A DNA stretch of 64,000 bases, from positions 1,728,001-1,792,000 of the forward strand of contig OZ244034.1 of assembly GCA_965215185.1 (NCBI GenBank), in the 5' to 3' direction. Positions 59,188 to 64,000 of this stretch are shown here, piece after piece. A program made the position numbers and the translations under genes. Position 1 is the first letter of the stretch; each line of letters begins with the position of its first letter. Origin of the DNA: Acidimicrobiia bacterium. Its GTDB lineage: Bacteria > Actinomycetota > Acidimicrobiia > Spongiisociales > ZC4RG35. The notes beneath the pieces are model-generated. The model had not been told where the DNA came from and did no database searches. It was given only the letters and a program-made list of their open reading frames with translations.

Positions 59188-59637
59188 AAAACTATGGAGA
59201 TACTGTAAATTGTGCAGGCTGCGAGTGTCTCCGCACGTTCTAATACTAGAGCCAACAAGATGGTTCCAAGCCAGAAAACATTGCTATTGCAAGCCACAAC
59301 TGGCCGCAAAAGCCTCAACACCATTAGGAAACGGACCTTTTTCCCTCGCTTCCTCGGGCTCTTCCCGGCCCGCATGCCCGGTGGGCGAGGCTGATCGCGA
59401 AAAGACCCGAAAAGTTGCGAATAAATTTGGGCGTAGGTTCCGCCTCGGTGCCGAACGGGCTGCCGATCAACAAATCCCAGGTAGATCGGCCTTTGAGCTA
59501 ATACCCGCGAAGAGGCCCTCGATTCAGTCCCAGGGGTTACAGAATTCCAAGGGACGAGGGCGCCGTTTGCCACCAAATGGGTCTGACCTGCCGATTCGTT
59601 GGCCAGGTGGTGTCTTGGGCCCTCATCTCGAAAAGGC

Positions 59638-59673
59638 TTGACCCCGGGCGACGGGAGTGTTACATTAATGTAA
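59638..59673 (+). promoter_or_regulatory. Sigma70/SigA-type promoter of nrdJ with a palindrome over the -10 box
   Basis: TTGACC-17 bp-TACATT with extended -10 TGn; perfect dyad TTACATTAATGTAA at 59660-59673. Confidence 0.7.
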
Positions 59674-59761
59674 TTCCCTACTACTTACAGGGGCGATCCG
59701 GGGCGGCGCCTTGGGAAGACCGATGCTATCTATTAAAGGAATGGGCCAGGAGGAGGCAGAC

Positions 59762-62700
59762 GTGAGCGAAGGACTAAAAGTAAACCGGCGCTTCACGCGC
59801 CTGGGAGAGGACCCCTATCAAACTGTGGCTTGGGGGAGAAGAGACACTCGGATCACCAACCCCGATGGCTCGGTGGTGTTCGAAATGAAAGACGCTGAGA
59901 TACCGGCGGGCTGGTCGCAAGTGGCCGCCGACATTATGGTCTCCAAATATTTCCGCAAGGCCGGGGTACCGCTCGACGGCGAAAGCGGGACCCTCTTGGA
60001 CGAAGACGATCAGCCTCGGCTCGGCTCAGAGCACTCGGCCCGCCAGGTATTTGACCGGTTGGCAGGCACCTGGCGGTGGTGGGGGGAAAGGCATGGGTTT
60101 TTTGACTCTTCTGAGGATGCCCAGGCTTTCGAGGACGAAATCAAATACATGCTTTGCCATCAGATGGCCGCTCCCAACTCTCCACAGTGGTTCAATACCG
60201 GCCTCAACTGGGCCTATGGCCTGACCGGACCGGCGCAAGGCTTCTGGTACGTTGATCCGCAGACCGAGAAAATGACTGTCTCGCCCGACTCGTATTCCCG
60301 GCCCGCCCCGCACGCCTGTTTCATCCTCAAGGTCGAGGATGACCTGGTCAACCCAGGAGGAATAATGGACCTGTGGCTTCGGGAAGCCCGCATCTTCAAG
60401 TTCGGATCGGGCGCCGGATCCAACTTTTCGGCCATTCGGGCGGAGGGCGAGAAGCTGTCGGGCGGCGGCAGTTCCTCGGGAGTCATGTCTTTTCTCAAGA
60501 TCGGGGACCGGGCGGCCGGCGCCATCAAGTCGGGCGGAACAACCCGCCGGGCAGCCAAGATGGTGATTCTGGACATCGACCATCCCGACATTGAGGAGTT
60601 CGTTAACTGGAAGAAGTTCGAAGAGAACAAAGCCCGCATCCTGATTGAGCAGGGCGGCTTTCCCGCCGACTTCAACGGTGAGGCCTACGCCACCATTTCG
60701 GGACAGAACTCCAACAACTCGGTGCGGGTCACCGACGATTTCATCGAGGCGGTGGATACCGGCCGCGATTGGAGCTTGACCGGACGCACCACGGGCAAAG
60801 TCATGAAGACGGTCTCCGCCGAGCACCTGTGGAACACCATCGCCGAGGCTGCCTGGGCCTGCGCTGATCCCGGAGTGCAGTTCGACACCACCACCAACGA
60901 ATGGCACACCTGCCCGGCTGGCGGACGCATTCGCGCCTCCAATCCTTGCTCGGAGTACATGTTCTTGGACAACACCGCCTGCAACCTGGCTTCTTTGAAC
61001 CTGGCCGCCTTCCACGATGACCGCACTGGCGGGTTCGACATAGACGGTTATCTGCACGCCATACGGTTGTGGACGATCGTGTTGGAGATCTCGGTGACCA
61101 TGGCTCATTTCCCGTCTCAGGCGATCGCCCAGGGGTCCTATGACTATCGCACCCTGGGGTTGGGCTACGCCAACCTCGGTTCGCTTCTAATGCGACAAGG
61201 CATCCCCTACGACTCTCCCCGAGGCCGCGCTATCGCGGGCGCCCTGACTTCCATTCTCACCGGGCACGCCTACGCCACCTCCGCAGAGATGGCGTCAGCC
61301 ATTGGGACTTTTCCCCGTTTCGAGGAGAATCGGCAGGCGATGTTAAGGGTGATCCGCAACCATCGGCGCGCCGCCTACGACACTCCCCTTTCCGAATACG
61401 AAGGTATCTCCCAGGCAGTGGCCGGCATCAGCCGTAGGCACTGCCCCGCAGATTTGTCCCAAGCCGCCCGCGAGGTGTGGGACTCTGCCTTGGAGTTGGG
61501 ATCACGCAACGGTTACCGCAACGCCCAAACAACTTGCCTGGCGCCCACTGGGACAATCGGCCTCCTGATGGATTGTGACACCACCGGGGTGGAACCTGAT
61601 TTTGCTCTGGTCAAGTTCAAGAAGCTGGCGGGGGGCGGGTATTTCAAGATTGTCAACCAGTCGGTGGGACCGGCTCTCGACGCTCTTGGCTACTCCCCCG
61701 ATCAAAAGCGGGACATCATCACTTATGTGATGGGAACCCCGTCTCTGAGCGGTTCTCCTCACGTCAACCGCAGAAGCCTTCGTTCACATGGTTTCACCGA
61801 TGACGAGTTGGATCGGATTGAGGAGTCTCTCTCTGAGGTGTTCGAGTTGAGACATGCTTTCAACGCTTTGGTGGTTGGTGAGTCGACGCTTCGGCGCCTG
61901 GGGGTCGAGCCCTCCCAGTATCAGCGGTTCGATTTCGACCTGCTGGCCTTCTTGGGATTCACTCCCGAACAGATCGACGCGGCCAGCGATCACATCTGTG
62001 GATATCAGACCATCGAGGGAGCACCCCACCTGAGAGATGAACACCTCCCGGTGTTCGACACCGCCAACCGCAACGGTCGGCATGGAAAGCGGTTCATTTA
62101 CCACAACGGTCATATTCGGATGATGGCCGCCGCCCAGTCTTTCATCTCCGGCGCCATCTCCAAGACCATCAACATGCCCAACGAGGTAACTCCCACCGAT
62201 ATCAAAGAGGCCTACCACTTGTCCTGGAAACTGGGTCTCAAGTCGATTGCCCTCTATCGAGACGGTTCCAAGGCCTCCCAACCCCTTTCATCGTCCAGCG
62301 ATGACGCGGCCGGAGAAGACGACCCGGCCACCTTGGAGTTGGAAGAAGCGCTCGGCATCGAGCACCGGCTGGCCTACGGGCCTCTCCCGGAAGGGACCTC
62401 CCCCTCGCAGGCTTATCGCCCGGGTATGAATCCTCCACGGTTCCTGCTGTCCCCCCGCAGGCAAGGATGGACCCGCGAAGCGCGGGTGGGCGGCCACAAA
62501 CTCTTCGTCCGCACCGGCGAATACGACGACGGCACCCTCGGAGAACTGTTCATCGACTTGGCCAAGGAAGGCGCCACCTTACGCGGCATACTCTCCTGTT
62601 TCGCTATTGCGGTCTCCAAGGGCCTCCAATACGGGGTGCCGCTCGAAGAGTACGTGGACACCTTCATCTACCAGACTTTCGAGCCCCGGGGCCTGGTGCA

Positions 62701-63103
62701 GAACCACCCCAACATCAAGATGGCCTCCTCTATGGTGGACTACATCTTCCGAGCTTTGGCCATCGAATACCTCGGTAGGGACGATCTGGGACAGGTGCCA
62801 CCCGCGGCCCCGAGAGAACTGCCCGAAGAACCCCACCCGGTGGTGAAAGACCGGGGAAGGCAGTTGGCTCTCGACGCCGCCCGCGAGGAAGGCAACGTGG
62901 AAGCGGTCAAAGTCGCCGCCCAGTTCGTGGAGTCCGCGGCTGACACGCTATTGGAAATGTTTCCCCAGACGTCTTCGGCTCAGATTGCGCTCAGCCAGAT
63001 GATGGGAGACGCCCCCATGTGTGACGAGTGCGGACACATCACCGTCCGCAACGGCAGTTGCTATCGCTGCCTCAACTGCGGGGCTTCCCTCGGCTGCAGC
63101 TAA
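59762..63103 (+). CDS. nrdJ: Class II (adenosylcobalamin-dependent) ribonucleotide reductase
   Basis: NSPQWFN, HACFI, SGGTTRRAAKM, SNPCSEY, APTGTIG, C-terminal CxxC...CxxC; GTG start with RBS GGAGG. Confidence 0.96.
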   Translation: MSEGLKVNRRFTRLGEDPYQTVAWGRRDTRITNPDGSVVFEMKDAEIPAGWSQVAADIMVSKYFRKAGVPLDGESGTLLDEDDQPRLGSEHSARQVFDRLAGTWRWWGERHGFFDSSEDAQAFEDEIKYMLCHQMAAPNSPQWFNTGLNWAYGLTGPAQGFWYVDPQTEKMTVSPDSYSRPAPHACFILKVEDDLVNPGGIMDLWLREARIFKFGSGAGSNFSAIRAEGEKLSGGGSSSGVMSFLKIGDRAAGAIKSGGTTRRAAKMVILDIDHPDIEEFVNWKKFEENKARILIEQGGFPADFNGEAYATISGQNSNNSVRVTDDFIEAVDTGRDWSLTGRTTGKVMKTVSAEHLWNTIAEAAWACADPGVQFDTTTNEWHTCPAGGRIRASNPCSEYMFLDNTACNLASLNLAAFHDDRTGGFDIDGYLHAIRLWTIVLEISVTMAHFPSQAIAQGSYDYRTLGLGYANLGSLLMRQGIPYDSPRGRAIAGALTSILTGHAYATSAEMASAIGTFPRFEENRQAMLRVIRNHRRAAYDTPLSEYEGISQAVAGISRRHCPADLSQAAREVWDSALELGSRNGYRNAQTTCLAPTGTIGLLMDCDTTGVEPDFALVKFKKLAGGGYFKIVNQSVGPALDALGYSPDQKRDIITYVMGTPSLSGSPHVNRRSLRSHGFTDDELDRIEESLSEVFELRHAFNALVVGESTLRRLGVEPSQYQRFDFDLLAFLGFTPEQIDAASDHICGYQTIEGAPHLRDEHLPVFDTANRNGRHGKRFIYHNGHIRMMAAAQSFISGAISKTINMPNEVTPTDIKEAYHLSWKLGLKSIALYRDGSKASQPLSSSSDDAAGEDDPATLELEEALGIEHRLAYGPLPEGTSPSQAYRPGMNPPRFLLSPRRQGWTREARVGGHKLFVRTGEYDDGTLGELFIDLAKEGATLRGILSCFAIAVSKGLQYGVPLEEYVDTFIYQTFEPRGLVQNHPNIKMASSMVDYIFRALAIEYLGRDDLGQVPPAAPRELPEEPHPVVKDRGRQLALDAAREEGNVEAVKVAAQFVESAADTLLEMFPQTSSAQIALSQMMGDAPMCDECGHITVRNGSCYRCLNCGASLGCS

Positions 63104-63107
63104 GCGA

Positions 63108-63545
63108 ATGGCCTCTGTTACTCACATTCACCTGGCCTCCGCCCACCGGGGCGACCTGACCCCCATCTCCGAGGTCCGGGCGGTGGAAGGAAAGGGTTTG
63201 GAAGGTGATCGATACCTGGGAACCACCCGCAATGTGACGATGGTGGCCGAGGGAGAGTTGGCCGCCGCCGCCGATCAGTTGGGATATTCCATTCCACCGG
63301 GGGCCACCCGCCGCAACATCACGGTGGACACCGAACGCCTTCCCCGCACCACCGGAACGCTCATCCACATAGGTGAAGCGACCCTGTCGGTATGGCGGGA
63401 TTGCCCTCCGTGTGAGCGGATGTACCAGACGGTCGGCCCCCTGGCGCGAGAGGCTCTGATCGAAAGAGCAGGCATCGCCGCCCAGGTGGTAACAGGTGGA
63501 ATCATCCGCGTCGGCGACCCGGTCCGCATCGAGTCCTCTTCCTGA
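63108..63545 (+). CDS. MOSC domain protein
   Basis: GKGLEGDRY, TRRNI, CPPC, GGIIRVGD. Confidence 0.88.
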   Translation: MASVTHIHLASAHRGDLTPISEVRAVEGKGLEGDRYLGTTRNVTMVAEGELAAAADQLGYSIPPGATRRNITVDTERLPRTTGTLIHIGEATLSVWRDCPPCERMYQTVGPLAREALIERAGIAAQVVTGGIIRVGDPVRIESSS

Positions 63546-63608
63546 CCCCCCTAGAGGAGAAGGGTCCAGGAAGACCTGCGTTGCCCGCGCACGGGTAGCC
63601 TATTTCGA

Positions 63609-64000
63609 ATGTTCGAATCACTGGTGGTCGGAAGACAGCTAACCAAGAAGTTTGGAAAATTCACCGCGGTCGACAACATCGACTTTGGCATCAACGCCGG
63701 CGAAGCTTTCGGATTCCTGGGACCCAACGGAGCAGGCAAGAGTTCCACCATGCGGATGATCGGCGCCGTCTCTCCTCCCACTTCCGGACATCTGCGGGTG
63801 CTGGGGATGGACCCCATGACGGAGGGGATAAAGATTCGGGGCCGATTGGGGGTGGTCCCCCAAGATGACAATCTCGACCGGGAGCTATCGGTCTACGAGA
63901 ACCTCCTCACTTACGGACGCTATTTCAACATGGCCCGCGCCGAGATAGACCGCCGGGTCGCCGAGTTGTTGGAGTTCGTTCAACTCACCGAGCGACGCGA
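63609..64000 (+). CDS. ABC transporter ATP-binding protein (NodI-like), partial
   Basis: Manual translation MFESLVVGRQLTKKFG..AVDNIDF..GFLGPNGAGKSSTMRMI..GVVPQDDNLD. Confidence 0.9.
   Translation, partial: MFESLVVGRQLTKKFGKFTAVDNIDFGINAGEAFGFLGPNGAGKSSTMRMIGAVSPPTSGHLRVLGMDPMTEGIKIRGRLGVVPQDDNLDRELSVYENLLTYGRYFNMARAEIDRRVAELLEFVQLTERR

Noticed and set aside
59190-59760. Cobalamin riboswitch upstream of nrdJ (also checked upstream of the mutase)
   Set aside because: No B12-box or GGGAA...GCCACTG pattern recognised. A hairpin near 59513-59572 lies upstream of the predicted promoter and cannot be assigned.
59762-63103. Intein or intron in nrdJ
   Set aside because: The catalytic motifs are contiguous, the length fits the long NrdJ type, and no splice-junction or LAGLIDADG motifs were seen.

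Overview
High-GC actinobacterial DNA. F420-type LLM/PPOX enzymes, a UPF0182 gene next to tRNA-fMet and three-helix-bundle ArsC suggest Acidimicrobiia; taurine genes and an ankyrin insertion hint at a marine or sponge-associated lifestyle (inference only). 1-25.5 kb is an almost uninterrupted minus-strand catabolic region: acyl-CoA dehydrogenases, Dpp/Opp ABC parts, cyclase, F420 LLMs, CoA ligases, a 2-oxoacid/acetoin dehydrogenase E1a-E1b-E2, ackA, a thiolase/DUF35 pair and xsc-tpa for taurine degradation. About 26.8-41.9 kb lies between two non-overlapping, collinear fragments of a broken SulP paralog. It carries a very divergent B12-dependent acyl-CoA mutase, an orphan Panacea antitoxin, an APC permease, glxBCD (N-methylglutamate synthase-like), a MaoC-type hydratase and acetoacetate-CoA ligase. 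The right part has an intact SulP, ABC genes, arsR-arsC and arsC, an acyltransferase-3 with an internal ankyrin domain, typA, tRNA-fMet, UPF0182, a frameshifted membrane-anchored acidic/GGNS-repeat protein, class II RNR nrdJ and a MOSC gene. No CRISPR array, integrase or transposase was seen. Best novelty candidates: the mutase with non-canonical active-site residues, the ~15 kb block splitting SulP, the acidic repeat surface protein and the ankyrin-acyltransferase. All calls come from motif recognition by eye; no searches were run.
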